DNA of 64,000 nt from an uncultured delta proteobacterium (GTDB lineage: Bacteria > Desulfobacterota > Binatia > UBA9968), in assembly GCA_963804165.1 (NCBI GenBank), contig CAWDPO010000001.1, forward strand, positions 125,381 to 189,380. Direction: 5' to 3'. Below are positions 22,965 to 32,302 of this stretch, piece by piece. The notes beneath the pieces are model-generated. The model was not told the origin of the DNA, made no database searches, and was given only the letters and a program-made list of their open reading frames with translations. Every line of letters begins with the position of its first letter. Position 1 is the stretch's first letter. Made by a program: the position numbers and the translations under genes.

Positions 22965-23747
22965 TTACGCGACGTATTCGTTTTCAATGAGTTCAACCAG
23001 GTGTCGTCGATCACTGCGTGTCAGCGAAAGAATTTCATCGAGGGACCATGAGTAAGCTGCGGCGATACAGTTAATATCGCCCAGTAGACGACGGCGTTCA
23101 GCGACGAGTGCTCCTAACAAGTAGGTTTGAATATCGAACTGGACCTTGTGAACGTGATTACACTCCGGACAGCGCGCTAACAATTCGAGATCGATTAGCG
23201 GCGCAACAAGTTCAAGCAGTTCCTCAAAGGCCACGGCACCTTCGGGCCACCCACGATCTTCGGTGCAGCGATTCAGCAGCAGTGATTCGACTTCCTGCGG
23301 CGTTGCGCCGATTGCAGCTAACTCGTCTCCTCCCGTCGGTAGACGAAAGCTGACACCATTCGCCGCTCTAAAACTTCCGTCGTCCAACTGCACACACTCG
23401 ACTGTTTCGTCCGCATTGCTGATCGAAGAGATCGCGCTCTGCAGTGAGAAATCGATATCGAAAGGTTGCTCGCATTTTGCACAGGTAAGTGTGCTCTCGA
23501 TGCGATCACCGAACGCAGTTCTGTAAACGGCAGCAAGCAGTCGATCGCGATCCGCAGCAACCAGATCTGCAGCGCGCAGCTTGTCTGTTCCGGTGGCCGG
23601 GTCTGGTTCCAGGAGCGAAGCCAGCAGCGCGATTGCGTTGGCGGTACTGGTCCCCATGACCGCGTATTCGTCTCGACCCGTAAGTTCTCGCAGCTGCGCG
23701 GTCCGTCGGGTCCCGGCGAAACGTAATGAAATGCTCTCGGCCATCAT
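22965..23747 (-). CDS. T4 gp26-like baseplate hub assembly protein
   Basis: DRDRLL...FGDRIESTLTCAKC...FRLPTG.D...CPEC...LAAAYSWSLDEILSL: two CxxC motifs, located downstream of the tube gene. Confidence 0.75.
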   Translation of the reverse strand: MMAESISLRFAGTRRTAQLRELTGRDEYAVMGTSTANAIALLASLLEPDPATGTDKLRAADLVAADRDRLLAAVYRTAFGDRIESTLTCAKCEQPFDIDFSLQSAISSISNADETVECVQLDDGSFRAANGVSFRLPTGGDELAAIGATPQEVESLLLNRCTEDRGWPEGAVAFEELLELVAPLIDLELLARCPECNHVHKVQFDIQTYLLGALVAERRRLLGDINCIAAAYSWSLDEILSLTRSDRRHLVELIENEYVA

Positions 23748-23773
23748 GGACGCATACCTGGTCCGCAAAAGAA

Positions 23774-24280
23774 CTAAGTCTGTACCGGTTCAGTCACTGC
23801 GAGGTCGCGCTCCCACCCTTCGTTTTGCAGCACCATGTGCTCGATCGCGACCGCATGGGCGTTTGCATCAAGTTCCGGCAGCGCCTGATACTCGCTGACC
23901 CAGCACCGATAGATCTTGTAGGCTTTCGCCACCACAGCCTGTTCGTTGAGAAGCTCGATAATGATGTCTTTGCGAAATTGCTCGAGCGAAATCGCCGCAT
24001 CGCCGTCGGTGTTGTAGATAAGGTTCGCCCACGCTTCAAACTCGGGATCGTGCGTGACGCCCCGTTCAAGTGTGATCGGCTCGAACTTCCAGACGCTGGG
24101 TGATACGCGCGACGTGCTGGGGTCGCCGCCTTCCCTATGGGTCACCGGCTCAGTGCTCTTTTTGAGCGCGCTGATCTTGCTGACGCCGGCGACGTATCTG
24201 CCGTCCCACTTGATCCGAAACTTCATGTTCTTGTAGGGATCGAAACGACTCGTGTTCACAGAAAATTGTGGTGCTGCCAT
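23774..24280 (-). CDS. Tail tube protein (T4 gp19-like, Afp1/5)
   Basis: RFDPYKNMKFRIKWDGRYVAGVSKISAL...ITLERGVTHDPEFEAWA...CWVSEYQALPELDAN. Confidence 0.96.
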   Translation of the reverse strand: MAAPQFSVNTSRFDPYKNMKFRIKWDGRYVAGVSKISALKKSTEPVTHREGGDPSTSRVSPSVWKFEPITLERGVTHDPEFEAWANLIYNTDGDAAISLEQFRKDIIIELLNEQAVVAKAYKIYRCWVSEYQALPELDANAHAVAIEHMVLQNEGWERDLAVTEPVQT

Positions 24281-24306
24281 GACTTATTTAGCTCCCATTC
24301 TTGAAG

Positions 24307-26637
24307 TTAGGTTTCGATCTGTCCCGCCATTTGCTGTATGTACAGAATCACGAATTCCGCCGGTTTCAGTGGCGCAAAACCAACCCAGATGTTTACAATG
24401 CCCAGGTTGCGATCGTTCTGGGTCGTGGTTTCGGTATCGCACTTAACAAAATAGGCGTCTCTTGGCTTCTGTCCCTGGAACGCGCCTTGGCGAAACAGGT
24501 TGTGCATGAAGGCGCCGACGTTGAGCCGGATCTGCGCATACAGCGGTTCGTCATTGGGTTCGAAGACGACCCACTTAAGCCCGCGATAGAGGCTCTCTTC
24601 TATGAACAATGCCAACCGGCGAATCGGAACGTATTTGTACTCGCTCGCAAAGGCATCATCTCCATCCATGGTGCGCGCGCCCCAGTTAACGATTCCGTTC
24701 GGGAAAATGCGGAGAGTATTAACTGCTCTGGGATTTAAAGTGCCGTTCTCATTGTCGGAGAACTTCAGTTTGAGGCCGACGATACCGCGCAGGTCCGCCT
24801 CTGTACCTGCGGGCGCCTTCCATACTCCGCGTCTGCCATCGATACGGGCACAAAGTCCGGCTATCGCGCCGGACGGACCAATGTTCTTCTTCAAACCATT
24901 CTCATCAATTGTGATTTGCGGGAAAAATACTGCGCTGTAGTCTTTCACCAGACCGGTCCGCAATAGATTGACTCCAGTCGAGGCACTTTGGGCATCGGTC
25001 CATGAATCCGGTGGATCCATCAGCAGAAACGCCCGGCGGTTCCGGCAGAAGTTGCTGGCGTTCGGATAGAGTGATTGAACCGAGACTGCAGCGTCAGGAG
25101 GCAGGACCATTAGATTGAAGAGGTCTACTTCCTTGTCAATCGTGTTGTAGGCGGCATCGTAATCGGCGGGAATCGGAGGTCCGCCATCATTACCAGAAAC
25201 CGGCAAAGTCTGCAGGCCGCTTCCCCCCAGGCCTAACCTGTAGTAGTGGACGTTTGGTGCCTGGAACATGGCTTGGAATGCTGGCGGCGCGGCAACCACC
25301 GCAACGAAGTCGTCGTCGAAAATGTTGCCGGGCTGAATCCCGAGTCGCGAGCCCCATACTTCCGCCTTCCAGGAGAATTTGGTCGTGGCCACAGGTGGAA
25401 CGAAGTTGTTGATTTGTTGCGCGATGAGCGCCAACTTTTCGCGAACACCATCGCTGTTACCGTTTGGCGAACTCGCGGCCGGCACCGCGTCAGTGAACAC
25501 GCGGCCACCCAGCACAGTCTCCACAGCAAGCGGAACAACCACCGCCACAACCGCTGGAGGACTCACGCTTGTATCAATGCCTTGCAGAGTTATTGAGTTC
25601 ACCGCGCTTGCATTCGCATTCGCAAAGGCATTGAACTGAGCCAATGTGGTAACTCGGGTCGCTATTCCCGTCGGTGCCGGGCGCCGCACCGCGTGCGCGG
25701 ATACTTCGATGCCGCCTTGTGCGGTTCCCAACATCATCGGCACGGCGAAATCTCCAGCCACCGGCGCCGGACGGATGAACACGTCACCGGCTCCCGCGGA
25801 TCTAATCTCGATTCGGTTACCCAGCCCCGGCAGTCCAGCAACAAAATTCACAGTAACCGTGGTGCCAGCTATTCCTTGAGTGATAAACTCGTTGTTGATT
25901 GCATTCTGGATTGACGCCGCGGTGGCTGTTGTGCCCACGTTGACCCTGATGTAACGGCTACCGTCGACGCTAATCTCAATTTGGTTTCGGGTGGCTAGCA
26001 AAGCTCCGAGATTAGCGGCGGTCATCGAACGGCCGCTGAGCGAAGATCCGTTCGCGGAAGACGCCACGCCCAGGTCGACCGCATCAACCAACCTGGAATT
26101 CTGCGTCAGGAAATCTTGGGCATAGGAAGGCGAAGCCGGGTCCATGCTCAGACCTGACCACATCTCGATGTCTGTCTTCACGCGCTGGCCCGACGAGTCA
26201 AGCGCGAAGCGGAACAACTCCAGGTTGAACGTTACCTCAGGCTGGGCTCCCGTATACGTTACGACTGCTCGGAGATCATTGCCGAGCACCCCGGCATCTT
26301 TGGCTGTGAGTCTCAGAGTATTGGTTCCAGCTTCGTTTTGTAGGACGATCTGTGACGCTACTTCACCGTTCGCAATCCTCATCACATAACAATCGGTGCC
26401 GCCATTTAGAAAGAACAGCTTGACGTAGCGAACCAGCTGTCCCCCACTCGGGTCCTCTCCGTAGGTTCGCGCGTAATCCATGTAGCTGGTGCATCGAATT
26501 GGCCGGTTGATGGGTCCTTGCTTTGCCGTACCGATGAACATGCCAATCGAAGTGCCGACACCCACAATCGTGCGGACTCCACTAGGAACTTCCTGAACAT
26601 AAACACCCGGATAACTTAACGCAGGCGTCGCTACCAT
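24307..26637 (-). CDS. Contractile tail sheath protein (Afp2/3/4-like) with large insertion
   Basis: SYPGVYVQEVPSGVRTI...FFLNGG and RGVWKAPAG...WGART...YVPIRRL...WVVFEPNDE...GFAPLKPAEFV. Strong AGGAGG RBS. Confidence 0.97.
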   Translation of the reverse strand: MVATPALSYPGVYVQEVPSGVRTIVGVGTSIGMFIGTAKQGPINRPIRCTSYMDYARTYGEDPSGGQLVRYVKLFFLNGGTDCYVMRIANGEVASQIVLQNEAGTNTLRLTAKDAGVLGNDLRAVVTYTGAQPEVTFNLELFRFALDSSGQRVKTDIEMWSGLSMDPASPSYAQDFLTQNSRLVDAVDLGVASSANGSSLSGRSMTAANLGALLATRNQIEISVDGSRYIRVNVGTTATAASIQNAINNEFITQGIAGTTVTVNFVAGLPGLGNRIEIRSAGAGDVFIRPAPVAGDFAVPMMLGTAQGGIEVSAHAVRRPAPTGIATRVTTLAQFNAFANANASAVNSITLQGIDTSVSPPAVVAVVVPLAVETVLGGRVFTDAVPAASSPNGNSDGVREKLALIAQQINNFVPPVATTKFSWKAEVWGSRLGIQPGNIFDDDFVAVVAAPPAFQAMFQAPNVHYYRLGLGGSGLQTLPVSGNDGGPPIPADYDAAYNTIDKEVDLFNLMVLPPDAAVSVQSLYPNASNFCRNRRAFLLMDPPDSWTDAQSASTGVNLLRTGLVKDYSAVFFPQITIDENGLKKNIGPSGAIAGLCARIDGRRGVWKAPAGTEADLRGIVGLKLKFSDNENGTLNPRAVNTLRIFPNGIVNWGARTMDGDDAFASEYKYVPIRRLALFIEESLYRGLKWVVFEPNDEPLYAQIRLNVGAFMHNLFRQGAFQGQKPRDAYFVKCDTETTTQNDRNLGIVNIWVGFAPLKPAEFVILYIQQMAGQIET

Positions 26638-26700
26638 TACACTCCTCCTTCCTCAGTCCATCGCTGTCTCTGAAATGCCCATACCTTGCGAGGCACTTTT

Positions 26701-27489
26701 CTAAAGTTTCGCCAAAATTTCGTCGACCCGATTTCGGTCGATTATCTCTAGCTGACTCTTGAGGCTTTCCGCTTCCGCTCTAGCACTATCTAACGCTAAC
26801 TCCTTCTCAGCTAGAGTTTCTCTCGCTGAATTTAGTGAATTGAAAGCTTTGGTTATCTCCGCAACTAATGTCCTGTAGGGCTTTAGCTGCGTTTTACCAA
26901 GTAGAACTTTCAACTCCTCGTTTAAAAAAAACTTATTTCTATGATTTTGTTCTTTTTCGATCCGTTGCTTTTGATTTCTAAGTTCAACAAAGGACTTTTC
27001 TATTTCTTGTTGATAGTTCGGCACCGCCTGGTAATCCTTCTCTGCTCGGTCAAAGAGTTTTTTGGCAGCCTCGCATTCCTGGTTTGCCTTATCTTCCTTG
27101 ATCTTCGCCACCTCGTAGTCCCTTGCTTTACCGTCCCGATACTCATCATATCGTGTCTTTAATTTTTCGATGGCCGCAGTTTTATTCTTCAAAACAGAAA
27201 GCGAGTTCTTTCTCTGTTTGCTATACTCTTGTTCAAATGTTTTCCGTTCACGGTCCAGAATCATCAATGTAGTACGATAGCGTTCCAAAGCAGACTTACT
27301 CTCCGCGGCCGTTTTCTCCATCTGAGTTGCCGTATTTTTCATTCGATCTATTCTCTTATTCTCTACAACTCTTCGGCTTTCCAAGTTTTGAATCTGCGAA
27401 CGCATCTGACCGAGTTTAGTTGTGAATATTCCCGACGTAGTTAGTTTTTCCCTCGTCTTTTTGTGCTTTGCCATTTTACGCTTTGCCAT
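26701..27489 (-). CDS. Coiled-coil hypothetical protein upstream of sheath
   Basis: 262-aa K/E-rich helical ORF with heptad character, co-oriented with the eCIS operon. Confidence 0.7.
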   Translation of the reverse strand: MAKRKMAKHKKTREKLTTSGIFTTKLGQMRSQIQNLESRRVVENKRIDRMKNTATQMEKTAAESKSALERYRTTLMILDRERKTFEQEYSKQRKNSLSVLKNKTAAIEKLKTRYDEYRDGKARDYEVAKIKEDKANQECEAAKKLFDRAEKDYQAVPNYQQEIEKSFVELRNQKQRIEKEQNHRNKFFLNEELKVLLGKTQLKPYRTLVAEITKAFNSLNSARETLAEKELALDSARAEAESLKSQLEIIDRNRVDEILAKL

Positions 27490-27574
27490 TGCTCACCCGT
27501 TCTTCCGCGAAGCTAGAGGGAAGTCGTCGCCCCTTGAGAAGTATGTAGATCAAACGCTCGCGCTTGCGCGCCGT

Positions 27575-27889
27575 CTATTTCGTAACCGTGCTCAAACCGC
27601 TCAGAAATTCTGTGATCTCCGGCAGTTTTTCTTTGCTCACTCCGTAGATTTCCTCAGATTCGCGGATCGTCCGGCTGGTGATCCAACCTTTGGCCGTTAA
27701 AAATTTCAGTGCTATCCTTACTTCTTCCGCGCTCCAGTTTGTTTCGGCCGCCGCAAACCACCAGGTTAGAATCCCTTCGACCGTGTCTTTGGCCTCGGGA
27801 TGTTCGACGCAGTACGCTAGGATCGCTCGGACTAATTCTTCTCGTCGGTTGCTTTGAGTGAACGTCGGCTGCACCAACGATTTTTTCAC
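27575..27889 (-). CDS. Small winged-helix-like protein leading the eCIS operon
   Basis: ILAYCVEHPEAKDTVEGILTWW...ALKFLTAKGWI, a pattern recalled from small proteins next to sigma54 regulators of CIS loci. True start uncertain. Confidence 0.65.
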   Translation of the reverse strand: MKKSLVQPTFTQSNRREELVRAILAYCVEHPEAKDTVEGILTWWFAAAETNWSAEEVRIALKFLTAKGWITSRTIRESEEIYGVSKEKLPEITEFLSGLSTVTK

Positions 27890-27902
27890 TTAGGTTGGCA
27901 TG

Positions 27903-27919
27903 AGCAAACGAGGCGCCAA
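27903..27919 (-). promoter_or_regulatory. sigma54 (-24/-12) promoter for the eCIS operon
   Basis: Minus strand TTGGCGCCTCGTTTGCT has GG-N10-GC spacing and TTGC, directly upstream of the first eCIS gene. Confidence 0.7.
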
Positions 27920-27981
27920 GCGGCTGCGACGTGCAGTTACCAGATTTTGTAGAGTATTTATGAAATCGGCGATCGGCAGAG

Positions 27982-28068
27982 CGCGACAAATCCGCCGCAG
28001 CAAAAGCTACCAAGGACTGGCGAACTCCAAAAACATCAATGCCTTAGCAATGCGGGATTTCTGCCGCG
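27982..28068. promoter_or_regulatory. Candidate enhancer (UAS) pair with IHF-like site
   Basis: CGCGACAAATCCGCCGCA (27982-27999) and its inverted imperfect copy TGCGGGATTTCTGCCGCG (28051-28068) lie about 60-150 bp upstream of the sigma54 promoter. An ATCAA-N4-TTA sequence lies between them. Confidence 0.4.
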
Positions 28069-28107
28069 GCGCCGCTGCACACGCGCCGCATCTGGAAACG
28101 GATCAAC

Positions 28108-29490
28108 TCAGCCTTTGAAAGCCGCGCGATCCAAGCAATATTTTCGCACGAGTCTCTGCAAAGTGCGGCGGTCTTTTCCCGCCGCCTTAGCCGCGAGGGT
28201 GATATTTCCCTGATGACGGGCGAGCAAGTCCGCCACGTACGCGCACTCGAACTCCCCGACGATGTAGGACTTGGCGCGACGGAGCGATTCATGGCGCAGT
28301 GTTTCTTTGGACTGCCCGTCGGAAAGCTCAATGTCAACCGCATGCAAGATTCCCGTTCCGTTCAGAACCGCCGCTCTTTGAATGACCGCTTGCAGCTCGC
28401 GAACGTTTCCGGGCCAACGATAGTCGAGTAGCTTTTGCCGCGCCGCCTCGGAAAGAACCGGTCGTTGGCAGCCCTGCGGGTTGCTGTAAAGTTCCAAAAA
28501 GTGATCGGCAAGAAACAGCGTATCAGCGCCGCGCTCTCTCAACGGCGGCAAGGACAGCGACAGGACGTTTAAACGGTAATAAAGGTCCTCGCGAAAATGC
28601 TTCAGCTGAACCTTCTCCTTAAGATCGCAGTTGGCGGCAGCGATCACGCGTACGTCGCCAATGAGGGCGCGCGACGAGCCGAGCGGACGGTATTCACCGT
28701 TCTGCAAGAAGCGCAAAAGTTTGACCTGAGCCGACGGGCTCAACGCGTCTACCTCGTCGAGAAAAAGAGTTCCCCCTTCGGCCTCAGCGATCAGACCTTG
28801 CTCTGCAGACGAAGCGTCTGTAAAGGCCCCTTTATTGTGTCCGAACAGCTCATTCTCAAACAGATGATCCGGCAAAGCGCCACAGTTGACCGGAATGAAT
28901 GGCTTTGACCGTCGTACTCCTTGGTAATGGATCGCCCGCGCAACCAGTTCTTTGCCGCTGCCGGTCTCACCCGAAACTAATACCGTGGCGTCGGTGCGCG
29001 CCAAAGCGGCAGTCTTGTTGATCACGGCTAGAAACGCCGGGCTTTGACCGACCAGCGGCAGGTTTGCCGAAATTTCTTTGAACGGCCGACTACGGAGCTC
29101 CACTTTGGCTTGGCGGCGCAAAAGCAGCCGCTCGCTACGCAAGATCAGTTCCCGTTCGATGGCTGAGCAAAACAGAAACTCATCCGCCGCCGAAAGTACA
29201 GGTTGCAGCTGAGTGCTAACCTGGTCAGAGGGGTAACATAGGATTGCCATGATCGCCGCTTCGCTCCAGCGCGCGCGGCAGCGCTCGACCATTTGTTTGC
29301 CGTCCGAATCCTTTGTTATTCGAAGAAATACAATCTCAGGCTCCAACGAGAGTGCCGTCAAAGGAACGCTGGCGGGAAATTCAGTCGGATCGCCGAAGGA
29401 TTTCGCCTGCGCAATTAACGCTCGTAATGAATCGCAGCGCTTTTCGCTACACGGCGACGTGTGCTGATTGAGAAACAGGGCCTTGGTCAT
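28108..29490 (-). CDS. sigma54-dependent Fis-family enhancer-binding protein with degenerate receiver domain
   Basis: GETGSGKE, NCGAL, ENELFGHNKGAFTDA, LFLDEV, FREDLYYRL, WPGNVREL and C-terminal HTH. The N-terminal REC-like region lacks an obvious phospho-acceptor Asp. Confidence 0.92.
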   Translation of the reverse strand: MTKALFLNQHTSPCSEKRCDSLRALIAQAKSFGDPTEFPASVPLTALSLEPEIVFLRITKDSDGKQMVERCRARWSEAAIMAILCYPSDQVSTQLQPVLSAADEFLFCSAIERELILRSERLLLRRQAKVELRSRPFKEISANLPLVGQSPAFLAVINKTAALARTDATVLVSGETGSGKELVARAIHYQGVRRSKPFIPVNCGALPDHLFENELFGHNKGAFTDASSAEQGLIAEAEGGTLFLDEVDALSPSAQVKLLRFLQNGEYRPLGSSRALIGDVRVIAAANCDLKEKVQLKHFREDLYYRLNVLSLSLPPLRERGADTLFLADHFLELYSNPQGCQRPVLSEAARQKLLDYRWPGNVRELQAVIQRAAVLNGTGILHAVDIELSDGQSKETLRHESLRRAKSYIVGEFECAYVADLLARHQGNITLAAKAAGKDRRTLQRLVRKYCLDRAAFKG

Positions 29491-29693
29491 CGCTGAGTCT
29501 CGACCTCTCGGAATCAAGTTCCTTGTGGCAACCTACCACGAACAATTCGAACAATTCCGAACAAACGTTTTAAAAGGCCGTGCAATCCCTACAAACACGA
29601 CAAGCGGTTTCACGACTCCGATCGGTGAAACGCCAGGCGGTCAGTTTGAATGCAAAAACAAAGACCGAGCTTAAATTATTTGACTGCAAAAAA

Positions 29694-29709
29694 AGCAACC
29701 TACGTGCCA
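29694..29709 (-). promoter_or_regulatory. sigma54 (-24/-12) promoter for the 28108-29490 regulator
   Basis: Minus strand TGGCACGTAGGTTGCT is a perfect TGGCACG-N4-TTGCT consensus. Confidence 0.82.
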
Positions 29710-30322
29710 CAAAAAATAGCAGAATGATAGGAACATATTGGTAACAATTTCGTTCAACTTTTGCCATGAATTCTTTCTCTGAGTCGAGGTCGATACAAAA
29801 GAGCCACAAACGAATACATCTCTAGTTACTGGTTTACAGAAGTGTATACAGAGTCATCATTGCGTTAGGTCTCGCCGCTGCATTCCATTTCCATGACGCG
29901 ATATAAGATTGCGTTGCTGAGATGTTCTAAAGTTTAGAACAGCAGTCGAATCCGTGATGATTTTTCGCTTCGTATTTCTCTTTGCGAATTCGGCGTACGA
30001 GTTCGACTGGTCAGATGGGAGCTTTGACAGGTCGCCGTCGTTGGCCAATCTGCCGCGTCGCTGCGACGCGCGTCACGAGAGTGCGATAACGATAACGAAA
30101 TCTGTTGCTACAGTAAGCTTAACGCTGATGGACCTGTGTCACATCGCGCGCGGCCAATCGCAGAACTCCATTGCTCAAGCTGCTCATGGCGAGACGACCA
30201 AAGCGCGGTTGCCGACGACTATCTTGCGGCGGTTTACCTCAAAATCCTATTTTAGCGTAAAACCTGTTCACATTGCGCAACTTACGTTGACAGCGTTTCT
30301 CTGATTGTGTAATTCAGAAGCC

Positions 30323-31888
30323 ATGACTTTGGGAGATTCCACTCACGATCACCAGAAAGAACCCCGAGCCGGCCAGGAACATGTAGAAAAGCTACGGGCG
30401 GTTCTCAACATCTGTCGGCGCATGAGCTCCATGACAGACCTGGCCTCGCTGCAATCGCTGATCACCCGTGAAGCTAAAGAGTTGCTGCAAGCGGAACGCG
30501 TGAGCATTTTCCTTTTCGATCGCGACAACTGCGAGCTTTGGTCGGCGATCTCCCAAGAGGGCAAGATCATGCGGTTTGACGCCCGGTTGGGAATCGCCGG
30601 AGCCGTCGCCATGACCGGCCAAACGATTAATGTCGACGACGCGTACCAGCATCCGCTCTTTTATAAGGAAGTGGACGTCGAGACCGGCTATCAAACAAAA
30701 ACCCTGCTTGCCGTGCCGTTGCATAGCCTGGCGGGCGCGGTGATCGGGGTCGGGGAGGCGTCGAACAAGCTCGGCGGAGTCTTTACCAACGAAGATGCTG
30801 AGGTCCTCACCACATTGGCGGCGCGGCTAACCGATGTTTTCGAGAACTCGGCGCTCGCCGCGGAACTAAAGGCGCAAAACACCGAACGGGCTAACTATCC
30901 CGCGACACAATTTATCAGCGGCTTCTCGACGCAGAATATTGTCGGTATGAGTCACCGAATTAGATCGATTATCCGGCTGATCGACCAGATTCGACCGAGC
31001 TCAGTGGATGTGCTGATCCAGGGCGAAAGCGGCACGGGCAAGGAACTGATCGCGAAAGCCCTGCACTTCACCAGCCCCCTGGCCAAACATCCGTTTGTCG
31101 CTGTCAATTGCGCCGCGTTGCCCGACAATCTAGTCGAGGCAGAACTTTTTGGAATTGAAAAGGGCGTCGCCACCGGCGTCGACCGGCGCATTGGCAAGTT
31201 CGAGGCTGCCCACGAGGGCACGCTATTCCTGGATGAAATAGGCGACTTGAGCCTAGCAGCTCAAGCAAAAATTCTTCGCGTTCTGCAGGAGCGCTCCGTC
31301 GACCGTGTCGGCGGCCGGGCTCCGATACCCATCAACGTGCGGGTGATCGCCGCCACCAACCGCAATCTGGAAGCATGCACGAGAGAAAAACAATTTCGCG
31401 AAGACTTATACTACCGCCTGAGCGTCGTTAATATTCAAACGCCGGCATTACGGGAAACCCCCGAGGATATACCGATCCTGGCAAATCACTTTCTGCAAAA
31501 GCACTGCGCGATGATGTCCGTCGAGCCCAAGCAATTTACCGCCGCAGCGATCGATCGCTTATCGGCCTACCACTGGCCGGGAAACTCGCGCCAGCTCGAA
31601 AATGAAGTGAAGCGATTGGTAGCCTCGGTACGGAGCAAAATCATTACCGAAGACCAGATCGCCATCCAACCAGAGTCGAAATCAGTCCAAAAACGGGTCG
31701 AGATTCCGGCCGTATCGCAGGGCTCCGGTAAATTGCTTTTCGAAGCCGTCGAGGCGCTCGAGCGCCAGATGATTCAAGACGCCCTTAAGCAATCTGGCGG
31801 TAATAAGCTTCGGGCTGCGCAGATTCTCGGCTTGAGCCGTCAAGGATTCCTGAAAAAACTCAAGAAGCTCGAACTCTCCGCTACCTGA
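30323..31888 (+). CDS. GAF-domain sigma54-interaction (Fis family) transcriptional regulator
   Basis: GAF: GIAGAVAMTGQTINVDDAYQHPLF..EVDVETGYQTKTLLAVPL...NKLGGVFTNED. AAA: GESGTGKE, EAELFG, GVATGV, LFLDEI, FREDLYYRL, WPGNSRQL. C-terminal HTH. Confidence 0.92.
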   Translation: MTLGDSTHDHQKEPRAGQEHVEKLRAVLNICRRMSSMTDLASLQSLITREAKELLQAERVSIFLFDRDNCELWSAISQEGKIMRFDARLGIAGAVAMTGQTINVDDAYQHPLFYKEVDVETGYQTKTLLAVPLHSLAGAVIGVGEASNKLGGVFTNEDAEVLTTLAARLTDVFENSALAAELKAQNTERANYPATQFISGFSTQNIVGMSHRIRSIIRLIDQIRPSSVDVLIQGESGTGKELIAKALHFTSPLAKHPFVAVNCAALPDNLVEAELFGIEKGVATGVDRRIGKFEAAHEGTLFLDEIGDLSLAAQAKILRVLQERSVDRVGGRAPIPINVRVIAATNRNLEACTREKQFREDLYYRLSVVNIQTPALRETPEDIPILANHFLQKHCAMMSVEPKQFTAAAIDRLSAYHWPGNSRQLENEVKRLVASVRSKIITEDQIAIQPESKSVQKRVEIPAVSQGSGKLLFEAVEALERQMIQDALKQSGGNKLRAAQILGLSRQGFLKKLKKLELSAT

Positions 31889-32013
31889 GGAAAGCCGGGC
31901 GCCGTTCACCCGCCCACGGCTGTGTTGCGCGTCTTCATTGCTTAGGCAACCGACAAGACGAATTCGGCTCTCTCGCGATCGCAGCATGCCAAGAGTGCCG
32001 CTCTCCCCTTTGG

Positions 32014-32244
32014 CTATTTCATCTTGTTGAAGATGTCTTTGGCGGCTTGCTGCAAGAGTGGATTGCGCACGATGACTTTGCTGATCGCGCTGCGTAACTT
32101 TGCCTTGTTGTCTTTCGACTTCGAGGCTTTTCTGAGCGCGTTCACGGCAGCCTGGAGGTCTTTGTTTTCTTTGATGACCGCGCGTATGCCCTTTCTGACT
32201 TTCTCGGCTTTTGCCACGGATAACTTCGGTCCACCTTTTCCCAT
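32014..32244 (-). CDS. Highly basic 76-aa peptide with two internal repeats
   Basis: Strong GGGAGG RBS, last gene of the NRPS operon, 21 K/R against 5 D/E. Confidence 0.75.
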   Translation of the reverse strand: MGKGGPKLSVAKAEKVRKGIRAVIKENKDLQAAVNALRKASKSKDNKAKLRSAISKVIVRNPLLQQAAKDIFNKMK

Positions 32245-32302
32245 GTTAACCTCCCTGGTGTGAAGAAAATTTTCATCACGCTAACCTTAACAATTTTCGA
32301 AA

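Noticed and set aside
1-26637. Prophage or T6SS interpretation of the tail genes
   Set aside because: No capsid, terminase, portal or integrase, and no TssJLM/ClpV. The DUF4255, DUF4157, Afp15-like ATPase and DUF6519 set indicates eCIS.
30041-30057. Plus-strand GG-N10-GC (TTGGCCAATCTGCCGC) as a sigma54 promoter for the GAF regulator
   Set aside because: It lacks the CAC and TTGC consensus elements, so it is too weak to call.
29500-30320. Short ORFs (29570-29809, 29857-30048, 29954-30304) and a GAACAATTC micro-repeat in the divergent intergenic region
   Set aside because: No RBS or motif support. The region is better explained as promoter/enhancer DNA.
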